From: Octopus sinensis
Lineage: Eukaryota
Direction of reading: 5' to 3'
DNA length: 64,000 nt
NCBI RefSeq assembly: GCF_006345805.1
Contig: NC_043005.1
Span: 76,694,001-76,758,000, forward strand
Notes under the pieces: model-generated
The model's database searches: none
Told to the model about the DNA's origin: nothing
The model's input: only the letters and a program-made list of their open reading frames with translations
Part shown: piece after piece, positions 28,677 to 42,300 of the stretch
Position numbering within the stretch: the first letter of the stretch is position 1
How the letters are laid out: the number at the start of each line of letters is the position of its first letter
Position numbers and translations under genes: made by a program

Positions 28677-29512
28677 ACAAGAGCTTTTGAAGCGCCTATA
28701 TTTCACTACTTTTATAAAAAGCACTTTTCGAATAAAAATTATTTCCAATTATTTTCATTGTTACATTTTTTATAGTTTATGGAGAAAAAAAAAAAACGCT
28801 CTGACCAAATGGGAAAATTTAGATAGATTTTTTGTTTGTTCTTAAATAGTTTGCCTTTTATTTCATTTTCTATGTTCAAGTCTCTTTTCAGTTAAATACA
28901 AAATTGTGCCAAGGGTTCGACTTTTTAAAGGTAATATCTAGAAGTCCTTTTTCACTCACCATTTTGAGAGAGGTCGATTTATGCAGTGTATATTTAGAAA
29001 TAGCTAAACATGAATATCTCTTATGTTTGAATTTATAATTAAAATTTAAGATCAGGGAAGTTTAGGCTGCCGCTCGGGATTACAGCACGAATTAATAGTA
29101 GTCTCACTCAACGTGCCGGTTTTCTATAATTCTTAAAAGATTAGGTAAGCAGTTTTTCTTTCATGTCCTTTGAACTTAAGCTTATAATAAAAAAGTTAAT
29201 TAATCTAAGATATAAAGAAGGGGAATTAAAATAGGTGATATTTGTTTTTGTTTTTTAAGTTTTATATTAAAAAGTGTTTTCTGTAATTTCTGTTGTAGCT
29301 TTAATTTTGCCAGAGAGGGAAATATAACATTATAATAGGACGAATGCGATAGAGGGGTTATAAATAGACATTATATATATAATATAACTTAAATAATATA
29401 CTGTTAAATTAACAAAGCGCGACATTTTAAAAATTGGTTTGATAATTGATCTTATATTTCATGTTTCAATGCATATGTACCACAGTATATCATTATATAT
29501 ACCTATAGCTGC

Positions 29513-29543
<31 letters not shown>

Positions 29544-29621
29544 TATATGTATATTTAGACTCACATATATATGATATATACATATGTATACGTATATATA
29601 TATATGTATTTTGAACTTTAT

Positions 29622-29652
<31 letters not shown>

Positions 29653-30025
29653 GTTTACATTTTTAAATATATTAACTAGTTGCCTATATATATTTAATGG
29701 CATATATATATAATACAGACAAATGCATATGCTTGTTATAAGTTCATTAGATAAGACCACAAATGTGCCTGATTGATAAGGTTACATGCACATTTTTTTA
29801 CGATTCCAGCAAAAAAGCGATACACATTGAACAATTTGTTTTACTAGACAAATATAAGATCAGCAATGGCGGTAAATAACAATGCCAATATTTTTTGTGT
29901 AATGTTCATGTTTTCTTCACATTTTGTAAAAAAATTGTTGTTGCTACTGTAAAAACTGTTCATATGAAAAATCTATGTTATCAGTCTTTTTTGTTGTATT
30001 TGTTTTTCTTTTGTGTTGATTTTCC

Positions 30026-30099
30026 CTATTCCTTGGTCGAGCTGACTTTTTTTTCTTCACTCATTGTCCGACGTTCTTGAGTGGTCGTAGAAGTTACGC
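30026..30099 (-). CDS. NF60: Neurofilament gene, NF60-type short terminal exon ((G)VTSTTTQERRTMSEEKKVSSTKE*)
   Basis: Acceptor acatatttcag, 74 nt, phase 1 in frame with exon 30956-31068, TAG stop. The Thr-rich QERR.MSEEK end resembles squid NF60 as I recall it. Confidence 0.82.
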
Positions 30100-30804
30100 C
30101 TGAAATATGTAATTTTTGGCCTGTCAGAAGGGAGGAGTAGGAAACATATCGCAGAAGGAAATATAGTACTAACGAAGAAGGATATAAGGATCACAGAACG
30201 GACAGATAAGTGCGTGCAAGAATTTAGTCCAATTGCAGCATCATGCAAGGTAAATCTAATTTCATGTAAATTACTAAACAAGTGTTTTGGTATTTCTTTT
30301 TCCATTTGAGATAAGCAAATTCTACAGAAGATAGCTTTGTTTGTGCAGAAATTAATAATTGAGTAAAGGAAAATAGCACACACACAAGAAAAGAAAATTA
30401 CTAAATTGTAAAGTACCGTTTTGAAGAATGGTACGCTTATTACCAGATTTATAGTATGGAAAATAGAAAAACTGGTTAGATTGTGGCGAGAGAAAGGAGT
30501 TGTTAGAAAGAAGACAAAGATGTTTTGTAGAAAGCACTTTGTTAACATGTCTGTATCTGCAAGCTACAATATATATCTGCACTATGTGTTAGCTATAAAC
30601 TGAGTGATTTGAATCGTTGGAACAACTTAATTTGGAAGGATTCTTGTGACAAGTAAACTGTACATATGAATAAGAATGTGATTATAAAAAATATAGGATT
30701 ATATACACCCCCACCATATGTGTATGCAAGCTATTGTACATTTAATAGTATAAGGTAATATACAAAGTACATATGTACATCCATATATATTACGTATAAA
30801 TGAA

Positions 30805-30861
<57 letters not shown>

Positions 30862-30955
30862 CATATGTACAAACTTCTGATTTTTTTCTGTTTTACTAAT
30901 ATAATTATAAATGAGTAGCACCACGTCGTTTGTACACTTTGGCTCTAATACGCAC

Positions 30956-31068
30956 CACCGGTAGCCTCATAACTGCTTTCTGATGACTTGGTGAGCATGG
31001 TAGACAGCACTTCTGCCTCACTAGTTCTGGATCCGACAACTTGTTCCACTATCTGCTTCATCCCAATT
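30956..31068 (-). CDS. NF70: Neurofilament gene, tail exon shared by NF60 and NF70 types ((R)IGMKQIVEQVVGSRTSEAEVLSTMLTKSSESSYEATG)
   Basis: Acceptor ttgtttgtgccaacag and donor G/gtgcgt, 113 nt, phase 2-1. It joins the LLEGEET-R exon in frame. Not in the ORF track. Confidence 0.9.
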
Positions 31069-32319
31069 CTGTTGGCACAAACAAACAACCAAAAGAAAAA
31101 ACAAGGTAGAAAAAAATGTCTTCTTAAAAACCTACTGCATTTTTTTAAATCTTCGAGTGCGTTGTCCTTTCTTTCGTTCTCTTTCTCACCTGGTTACTAT
31201 TTCACAACGTACCATTTTCCTGTTGACTTCCATAACTTGCCTGTGATGCATTTTGGGAACAATGAGAGCAGTACCAAAGCCTGTTCTGAGTGCTTAATAC
31301 CTTAATATTATTAAAAATCAATTAAAAGCCCTCTATTATTATATTTCTCCTATTGTACAAAATGTCTTTACCTCTTTCTGTCATGTTTCTTTTGCCATCA
31401 AAGTATAATAAGAAAAATAATAAAATTACACATTGAATATATTTTTGCGAAAAACAAAACAAAATATGTAGTAGTTGGAAGACGGGAACACACAAGTTGA
31501 ATGTTTGTTAGCAAACATTGAGTTTGAGGAGAATCAACTTTTAGTTCATATACATATATATATATGAAATAAACAACATTTATCTTCCAGATTTATCTCT
31601 TAAGTATACTATTGATAATGTTAAAATATATAATAAAAGGGCTACTTTCGAATTAAGTTACATAATTATATTACTAATATATGAACAGAATGCAAAATTT
31701 TATTATATTTAATAATTAAAAATATTGCTATTACTACCGTTTTCTTCATTTGGCAAGGTTAACATGCATCTAGTATGTTTAATATTTTTTAATACTGATT
31801 ATGTATCAAAATTACTGTTGTGGTATTCTTAAACTTACATCATACAGTACAAAGCATTGTTGTATAAAAAATAATTAAAATTTAACGTTATATCTCGAAT
31901 CACGTTAATAAATTCGTTTGAATATGAAAATATATATAATTTTTTTTTTTTTTATCATTGAGCAACTCATTCTCTGATTTTGAATCTATCGGCTTCCAAT
32001 GTTTAATACAGTAGCATACGTCATTCAGACTTCTTAAATTGATTTCTTGATAATATTAGAAGATACTAAAAGTGAAAATCTGAAAGGAATAGACAGAGGC
32101 TTTCAATTAAATTTCCTGGTCAGTAGATAGACATGAAGAAACCTGGAGAATTTATATGAACAAAAACTTCCAGGATATAATACTTTATTTTGAATACTAC
32201 ATAATACTACATATTTTGCGGTAATTTTATTTTGAGAAAATTTAGGATTCATTGTTCCTTGATAAACATTTATTTCCGCAAAATCTATTGAAGCTGAAAT
32301 ATTTTCACAGACCCATTGT

Positions 32320-32345
32320 AATTATATATATGTATATATATATAT

Positions 32346-32409
<64 letters not shown>

Positions 32410-32410
32410 G

Positions 32411-32454
<44 letters not shown>

Positions 32455-32638
32455 TATTAATATATATGTATATATATTATTTATTTATATCTATATATAC
32501 ATATATATAAATATATAGTAATATACATGCATACACAATCACATATACACATATAATATAGATACATATATATATGAGTACATGTTTAATCACACATAAA
32601 CACACATACACAAATATTCATACAGGTACATATATGCG

Positions 32639-32692
<54 letters not shown>

Positions 32693-32770
32693 ACATAAAA
32701 TATATACATAGATGCATATATCCATATATATATATACGTATATATGTATGTATATATATATATTCATTTA
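32320..32770. repeat. Compound (TA)n/(CA)n microsatellite field
   Basis: Directly visible. Confidence 0.95.
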
Positions 32771-34507
32771 TATATTTGTGCTCTATTGTTCCACTTATAT
32801 GTACGTAAGTGATGTATGATTCTTTGATTTTTTATACGTTGATGTATATGCAGATGCTAAAAATGTACAGGTGTATTTATGAACTAATGGATATATAAAG
32901 ATGCCTTGAGATGCGTAAATATTTATATGAAAATTATTATGTCTGTGTAACTTTGATTTATTCTCTCCCTAGTATAATCTATTATAAGCTAATCACCCTA
33001 ATTTATCTGACATAGGGCCTAAAAAAACCATATTTTGGAGTTAGCTGTAATAATAGAATGTAAAATAATACAAACGGAAATATATAAAATGCTAAAATGT
33101 TATTGAAATAAAGGAATGTAAAATTTCGTAAGATATAGAGATATACACTGCTTAATTTAGCAAGTATGTGAGGTTACTATCCTTTCATTCTATCATAAGA
33201 CTACATAAATACAATTTCAAGAGAAAATATTTGTTCATTTCTTTGTAATGAAACGTGTAATAAAAAATTATTTTCAATATATACCATCCATTATAATATA
33301 AGAATAGCATAACTGAATGAGACTATCCTAAAATATTGATATATAATACAGGCGGAAGCGTTCATATTTTTTCTGTGTGGGTGGTGGGAGGATAGTCAGT
33401 TTAGTCGATCCAGTACTTACTCGACTTGTATTTATATCATCAACTCAGAAAATGTAAAATATTATATATATATAACGTTTACGAAGTCGAACTCGACTAA
33501 ACTCTTGATGTAAAATGTTATAAGCAAATGAATGGTAACTTAGTCTAACATTGTCTGTAATAAAATTAATAGAAGATTTTTGCAGTGAGGGTATTTTTTT
33601 TTACACTGGAGAGATGGAATTTGACCCCAGCGGAAGTTCTACACAAATCTATTGTCCCGAATTAAATACTGTTAAACATTATAATCACTTAGCTGTTTCC
33701 GACATCACTACGTTTGTCGTATATGATTGCAATGAATTTCATAAATGATACGTTTTAACTCCTACGACACTGATGGCTCTCATTTTGTGATGGTCACACT
33801 TTCCCTATTTCCAGGTCATACTACTTGATTTATTGAGTTCGATCTATCTTTATTATTAGTTTTAAATATAAGACGCTTTGGAATAATTTCGGGACTGTGA
33901 TTTTCCAAAAGAAATATAAACTAAGATAGGAAGTAAAAACTGTCCCAGGACTTTAGCTTAATATATCTTAGAAAGATAGAATATACACTGGATATCAAAT
34001 TAATTTTTATATTTACTTTTCAAACACTTTTCAAAAGTTGCCAATAAATCTAAACTAAGATTAACCCCATCATTGTCAATAACATTTCAGATATAACAGC
34101 ATTTTTCTTTTCTAATTTTGGATAATATTATATAATTGTACTTCTCTAATGTAACGAGAAGTACAGTTCTGAAACAAGTATCCCTTTTTCCTACACTCTA
34201 GTTCAACATCTTGTGATATTTTCATTGTGACTGTTGAATACTATACTTATTTTCTTTTTATTCTACTCATTGTGAAATCAAACTCTACATTTGGGGAGAG
34301 CTGATTTGTATAATAAGCACATTATATAACCATTTTGTGCTTCGCAGTCATGAAAGAGACTATGGCCACATTAAATATTATATTACCATAAATGAGGCTT
34401 GGGTTGATTAAGATAAAGCTTCTTGGATGTGGTGGCATTCATACCTTCTCAGTGTTGTATAATCAGACGATCTCTACCATGAGCTTACCAATTAAAGTAC
34501 GACACTC

Positions 34508-34548
<41 letters not shown>

Positions 34549-34559
34549 TCTTTCTAATA

Positions 34560-34990
34560 GAGGCCCAAGGCCTGAAATTAGTGGGGAGGAGGTTAGTCGA
34601 TTACATCGACTCCCAATATTTAACTGGTACGTATCTCATTGACGCCGAAAGACTGAAAGGCAAAGTTCCCCTCGAATCGACAACACTTGAACCAGAACGT
34701 AAAGATGGAATGCCGCTAAGTATTTTGTTCGGCATGTCAGGTCATTGCCTTCTTAATGATAGAAATAATAATGGTTTCAAATTTTAGCACAGGATCAGCA
34801 GTATATTATAGGAGAAGAATATTCAACACCGAACCAAGTTGTTGGCTGGTTCTTTATTTTGTTTACCCTGAAGCGATAAAAAGTAAAATGGACTTTGGTG
34901 TGGTTTGAACTCAGAGTTTAAATACCTGGAAGAAATGCAGCTAAGCATTATATCAGATGCACCAAAAATTCTGCCAATTCGCTGCCTTGT
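34560..34990 (-). mobile_element. Two decayed SINE fragments (family of 53494-53908)
   Basis: AGTCGATTACATCGACTCCCA...ACTGGTAC...GACGCCGAAAGACTGAAAGGCAAAGT at about 34595-34670, and a decayed head ending CTGCCAATTCGCTGCC at about 34985. Both are similar to the intact copy at 53494-53908. Confidence 0.6.
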
Positions 34991-36340
34991 TACTTGGATT
35001 TGGGGCACAAAACCAAAATATTTGGGGAGAAAGAAGTTACTTGATATCAGCTTCATTAGGTAGCAGCTTTATTATTTCACTAAGATTGTTTCTTTTTACA
35101 TAAAACTATTATTCTACTATATTTGTTTGAACTTAAATTGAAAGAAATCCATCCGCTGTTGAAACTTAAGCAAAAAACCCATTTAAAATCTACAACATTG
35201 TTTAATGAAAAAAATAAGGGATTTTAAGAAAGGGTTACAATGGAAGGAAAGAACCAGGACTAGACAGAAGAACTGAACGATAAAAAACAAGGAAATAGAA
35301 TCTTAGAAATGAGATATTAATTAAGAAGAGAAAGAATTAGGATATGAATGGATTGATTAGGGAATGGAGGTTAGTTTTTAACTCTTTCTATTTCGAGAAA
35401 AAAATGAGGGAAGAAAGTAGTTTTAGAACCGGGTTTAATGTTCAACTTGTTTAATCACGTATTCCAACATCTACCGTACTACGTGTAGATAAACTAAATT
35501 CAGCAGAAATAGCACGAAAACCCAACAGAAAAAAACACACACCTAGAGCACTACTTCAACTGAAAAGTTGCACAGATAAAAACAGAATGAGAAATAAAAA
35601 GAAACAAAAAAGAAACACGATGACATACTACAATATATTTTTTAGCAACAAGCAAAACACTGCCACTGCGTTAAATTTAGAAGTTTCACATCAATATATG
35701 TATATATGGGAAACGGCTTCTCTTATGACACATGTACTGAAAACATGACTGTGATGTAGTTTCATCTATTTTTATCAAAATTTTTTATTCCGTATTCTTT
35801 TATGATTTATTTCTAATATTTTTTATTACAGGAATATTTCTATATCACAAAAAACATCAACAATTCTAGACCTTCATAGACTCTCTTTCGAGAAATGGTA
35901 ATATGGCTGTATGTTACTGCCTCTTAAAGGTAGACAGATCTAACGTGATTGGAATACACTTTACCGCCACAATTAGAAATATAGAGTGTTGATTTATAGA
36001 TTTACGTAACATCTGACAGTTTATTTTCATTTATGACTAGTTTATGTTCTACAACGTGGATCACCTATGAAAGAGACAGAACTAGAACACAGTCGTATTT
36101 TCAATGTAAATATTTGTGTGTGTACCTATACATATAAATATAAATATACATATATATATTCATATATATTAAAGTAGATATATATATATATACACATACA
36201 AATCAGTCATATGAATAATTATTGCTGTTTGCTAGTGCAAAGAAAACGAGGCGAAGTGTAATTAAAATTTAGAAACCAATCGGTTAGCTTGACTACTAAA
36301 ATCTAAGGGGTGCAAGAGCCAGGCAAAACATAAAAAAATC

Positions 36341-39300
36341 TTAGACATGCAAACCAAAATCTGTGTTATCTTTTTTATTAAAAACATCGAAAGCAGGATA
36401 CATGTCCAACAGTTTCAACGTACCACCCACCCCATTTGAACTCGCATCGGGGAAATTCTCCGATGGCCTTTTCATCTCTGCTCTCCTGATTTCAGCGGTT
36501 TCAGCAGTTTTCATCGACTCAGCCATACCATCCGTGCCACTTCTAAATTGCTTAGATGTAGTTTTGAGCTGTATTGTAATTTCCTTTTGGGGATCTTTAA
36601 TCATTCTCACCGCCTCACTTTCAGCTTTGTATACTCGCTTTTCTCCTCCCCAATCATAACCATTCTGTTGACTCTCAGCATATGAATTATCAGCCTCATC
36701 TGTAGCCGAGGTTTCGCTGAATGTCTTATAAACTATTTCGCTTACGCTATCATCGCTCTGCTTTATAAAATAGCTTTCTGGAGCAGACGATTTGAGCAAA
36801 GTATAATTTTCCGTTACTGTATCTTTCGTTGATTTCGATTCAGATACAGAATACATGTGTTCAGTTTCAAAGCCCGTTTTTAACTGATCAATTCCTGGGG
36901 TCGAAGAAGATGTCAACTTATAGGGAAACATTTGTGATGTAGATGTTTCTGGTTGGCCATTTTCTTTTTGTACCCACGATGGAAAACTAGCTACTACAGA
37001 ACTACTGGGAAGTAAACCTTTATCATGGACTACTGTTCTGGTTTGTAAAAAAGTGTCAGTATCCTTGAAAGTTTCTAAATCTGAAGAATGAAAAGAACGC
37101 TGTAACAAAGGGGACTTAACTGTCTCAGAATAGACATGAGACAGCAAAGGTTCACCAGTTTCTAATGGTACTGTGCAACTTGCGGTCTCTAAAACTAACA
37201 CTGAAGTAGAATGTTCAGTCTCGTGCTTTTCAGGTATAATAATGGATGAAGCTTTCATAGAATCATTCAATTTCGAGACTTCAGTAGACTCAGATCGTAA
37301 CTGGTATTTATTGTATTGAGAATTATCATATGTACTACCCTGATTCGATTCAATCTTAAAGGTGATACGATCTGAAGCATTGCCAGTTGTTACAGTGGGT
37401 TGGGAAATTATATTATCACTTGAGGTTTTTAGTTCAGTCTTATTCGTTGAGTTAAAAGATGGAATATATTCAGTGGACGCGGAGGGTGAATGTCTTAAGA
37501 TGTTGGCTTTATCAGATGAATCAGCAGGCCTAGTTGATATTGAAACTACAGATGAACTAGTTGTTACGTATTGTGATTGACTAGACGTGACTGGAAACAC
37601 TTTCTTCCCTGAAGTAGAAAACGAGGTAACTTTCAAGGATTCAGTGTTACTATAAGACCTAGGGGAGGCATCTTTGTCAGATATTAGTGACGTATAGTGT
37701 TTATCATGAGATAACTTTTCATGAAGTGATGAAGTTGCAGTTTTACTGTATTCCTCATCTTCTACAGAAGATTTGAGAGAATTGGCAGAAGCTGGTGATT
37801 GATATTTAATTTGATCTCCTGCCTCAACAGACGAACGACTTTCAGATAAAGTAGAAGTACATCTCCCAGATGCAGGTAAGCTTACACTTGTAGACTTTCC
37901 CTGCTTTAAATCTACTAGAGATTCAGACAAATATACAGGAGATAAAGCTGGTTGGGATGGAGAAGAATACCTTACTGAAAGTACAGGAGATTTTGCAGAA
38001 TTAATGGGTGACTTTACCTTTTGCGAATTTTCCAAAATGTTTGGGGAGATAACTGGTTCAGATTTTACAAAGGACTTGTCCTTCAGATAGTCTGCATCCT
38101 CAGATTGAATAGGTGATGTTGCTTTCTTAGATGACTGTTTTTTATCCGATATAACTTTTTCAGGGCTAGAAGGTGATTTAGCAGGTTTGGTTATCACAGT
38201 GGATTTAGCTTTTTCTGAGGGAGAAGTGGGTAACACTGAGTCAGAGGGTGCAGTTGGTACAGACTTGGTTTTCTCATATATCACAGAGGACTTTAAAGAT
38301 TCAGAAGTAATTGAAGATTTGTGTTTTTCAGAGGCCACAGGTGAAAGAGATCGATCCGATTTATCGGTTATACATTGTCCAGACAATACAGGAGACAAAT
38401 GTTCTGAGTCAGATTTAACAGGGGAGTGGGGAGACGTAGCTATCACAGATGATTTAAGGGTTTCAGATTCTGACTTTTCAGAAGGTTCAGGCGAAAGCCT
38501 TTGTTTCGATTGCATTGACTCTGTCTCCAGTGTGTGTGAAGAGGTTTTGAGGGATTTAGAAGATTTTGAAGAGACTGAGGTTTTTGACTTCTCAGATTCT
38601 GCTTTTTCTGAGGGCACATGTGATGAAGGCGATTTTGCGGCTGGTGACTGAACTGGAGATTTTGACTTAACAGATTCTGCTTTTTCAGAGGGTACGGGGG
38701 ATTGTGGGGATTTTGCAGGTTCTGAGGTGACAGGAGATTTTGACTTTTCAGATTCTGCTTTTTCTGAGGGTACAGGGGATTTTGCAGGTTCTGATGTCAC
38801 AGGAGATTTTGACTTTTCAGATACTGCTTTTTCTGAGGGAACAGGGGATGTTGCAGGAGATTTTGACTTTTCAGATTCTGCTTTTTCTGAAGGGGCAGGA
38901 GATACAGGGGTCTTCGCAGGCTCTGACGTTACAGGTGACTTTGATTTTTCAGATTCTGCTTTTTCTGGGGGGATAGGAGACTTTGGGGATTTTGCAGGTT
39001 CTGAGGTAACGGGGGATTTTGATTTTTCTGAGGTTACAGGGGATTTTGCAGGTTCTGATGTCACAGGAGATTGTGACTTTTCAGATTCTGCTTTTTCCGA
39101 GGGAACAGGGGATTTCGCAGGCTCTGAGGTGACAGGAGATTTTGACTTTTCAGATTCTGCTTTTTCTGAGGGTACAGGGGATTTCGCAGGTTCTGATGTG
39201 ACAGGAGATTTTGACTTTTCAGATTCTGCTTTTTCTGAAGATACAGGGGATTTTGTAGGTCCTGAGGTAACAGGGGATTTCGACTTCTCAGATTCTGCTT

Positions 39301-42300
39301 TCTCTGAAGTTACAGGGGATTTTGCAGGTTCTGATGTGACAGGAGATTTTGACTTTTCAGATTCTGCCTTTTCAGAGGGTACGGGGGATTTCGCAGGTTC
39401 TGATGTCACAGGAGATCCCGACTTTTCAGATTCTGCTTTTTCTGAGGGAACAGGGGATTTCGCAGGTTCTGATGTGACAGGAGATTTTGACTTCACAGAT
39501 TCTGCTTTTTCGGAGGGTACTGGGGATTTCGCAGGTTCTGATGTCACAGGAGATTTTGACTTTTCAGATTCTGCTTTTTCTGAGGGAACAGGGGATATCG
39601 CAGGTTCTGATGTGACAGGAGATTTTGACTTCACAGATTCTGCTTTTTCGGAGGGTACAGGGGATTTCGCAGGTTCTGATGTGACAGGAGATTTTGACTT
39701 TTCAGATTCTGCTTTTTCTGAGGGAACAGGGGATTTCGCAGGTTCTGATGTGACAGGGGATTTTGATTTTTCAGATTCTGCTTTTTCTGAGAGAACAGGG
39801 GATTTCGCAGGTTCTGATGTCACAGGAGATTTTGATTTCTCGGACTCTGCTTTTTCTGAGGGTACTGGAGATTTTGCAGGTTCTGATGTGACAGGGGATT
39901 TTGACTTTTCAGATCCTGCTTTTTCTGAGGGTACAGGGGATTTTGCAGGTTCTGAGGTCACAGGAGATCCTGACTTTTCAGATTCTGCTTTTTCTGAGGG
40001 AACAGGGGACTTTGCAGGTTCTGAGGTCACAGGAGATTTTGACTTCTCAGATTCTGCTTTTTCTGAGGGTACAGGGGATTTTGCAGGTTCTGATGTCACA
40101 GGAGATCCTGACTTTTCAGATTCTGCCTTTTCTGAGGGAACAGGGGATTTTGCAGGTTCTGATGTTACAGGAGATTTTGACTTTTCAGATACTGCTTTTT
40201 CTGAGGGCACAGGGGATTTTGCAGGTTCTGATGTCACAGGAGATTTTGATTTCTCAGATTCTGCTTTTTCTGAAGTAACAGGGGATTTCGCAGGTTCTGA
40301 TGTCACAGGAGATCCCGACTTTTCAGATTCTGCTTTTTCTGAGGGAACAGGGGATTTTGCAGGTTCTGATGTCACAGGAGATTTTGACTTTTCAGATTCT
40401 GCTTTTTCTGAGGGTACAGGGGATTTCGCAGGTTCTGATGTGACAGGAGATTTTGACTTCTCAGATTCTGCTTTTTCTGAGGGTACAGGGGATTTTGCAG
40501 GTTCTGATGTCACAGGAGATTTTGATTTCACAGATTCTGCTTTTTCTGAGGGTACTGGGGATTTCGCAGGTTCTGATGTGACAGGGGATTTTGACTTTTC
40601 AGATTCTGCTTTTTCTGAGGGTACTGGGGATTTTGCAGGTTCTGATGTGACAGGTGATTTTGCCTTTTCAGATTCTGCTTTTTCTGAGGGAACAGGAGAT
40701 TTCGCAGGTTCTGATGTCACAGGAGATTTTGATTTCACAGATTCTGCTTTTTCTGAGGAAACAGGGGATTTTGCAGGTTCTGATGTGACAGGAGATTTTG
40801 ACTTTTCAGATTCTGCTTTTTCTGAGGGCACTGGGGATTTTGCAGGTTCTGATGTGACAGGAGATTTTGACTTTTCAGATTCTGCTTTTTCTGAGGGCAC
40901 TGGGGATTTTGCAGGTTCTGATGTGACAGGAGATTTTGACTTTTCAGATTCTGCTTTTTCTAAAGTTACAGGGGATTTCGCAGGTTCTGATGTCACAGGA
41001 GATTGTGACTTTTCAGATTCTGCTTTTTCTGAGGGGACAGGGGATTTTGCAGGTTCTGATGTCACAGGAGATTTTGCTTTCTCAGATTCTGCTTTTTCTG
41101 AGGGGACAGGGGATTTTGCAGGCTCTGATGTGACAGGAGATTTTGACTTTTCAGATTCTGCTTTTTCAGAAGTTACAGGGGATTTCGCAGGCTCTGATGT
41201 CACAGGAGATCCCGACTTTTCAGATTCTGCTTTTTCTGAGGGAACAGGGGATTTTGCAGGTTCTGATGTGACAGGAGATTTTGACTTTTCAGATTCTGCT
41301 TTTTCTGAGGGTACAGGGGATTTCGCAGGTTCTGATGTGACAGGAGATTTTGACTTTTCAGATTCTGCTTTTTCTAAAAGAACAGGAGATTTTGCAGGTT
41401 CTGATGTGACAGGAGATTTTGCCTTTTCAGATTCTGCTTTTTCTGAGGGTACAGGGGATTTTGCAGGCTCTGATGTCACAGGAGATTGGGACTTTTCAGA
41501 TTCTGCTTTTTCTGAGGGTACAGGGGATTTCGCAGGTTCTGATGTGACAGGTGATTTTGCCTTTTCAGATTCTGCTTTTTCTGAGGGCACAGGTGATTTT
41601 GCAGGTTCTGATGTCACAGGAGATTTTGCTTTCTCAGATTCTGCTTTTTCTGAGGGTACTGGGGATTTGCAGGCTCTGATGTGACTGGAGATTTTGACTT
41701 TTCAGATTCTGCTTTTTCTGAAGTTACAGGGGATTTCGCAGGCTCTGATGTCACAGGAGATCCCGACTTTTCAGATTCTGCTTTTTCTGAGGCAACAGGG
41801 GATTTTGCAGGTTCTGATGTCACAGGAGATTTTGACTTTTCAGATTCTGCTTTTTCTGAGGGCACAGGGGATTTCGCAGGTTCTAATGTCACAGGAGATT
41901 TTGATTTCACAGATTCTGCTTTTTCTGAGGGTACAGGGGATTTCGCAGGTTCTGATGTGACAGGGGATTTTGACTTTTCAGATTCTGCTTTTTCTGAGGG
42001 TACAGGGGATTTTGCAGGTTCTGATGTGACAGGAGATTTTGATTTCACAGATTCTGCTTTTTCTGAGGGTACAGGGGATTTCGCAGGTTCTGATGTGACA
42101 GGTGATTTTGATTTCACAGATTCTGCTTTTTCTGAGGGTACAGGGGATTTCGCAGGTTCTGATGTCACAGGAGATTTTGACTTTTCAGATTCTGCTTTTT
42201 CTGAGGGTACTGGGGTTGTTGCAGGTTCTGATGTGACAGGAGATTTTGATTTCACAGATTCTGCTTTTTCTGAGGGAACAGGGGATTTTGCAGGTTCTGA

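Noticed and set aside
30057-30603. 163-aa and neighbouring ORFs near the NF60-type exon
   Set aside because: They have low-complexity intronic composition. Only 30026-30099, in a different frame, has splice and homology support.
35780-35830. Minus-strand AATAAA hexamers as the poly(A) signal of the giant-exon isoform
   Set aside because: The hexamer is too frequent in this AT-rich DNA to assign without 3'-end data.
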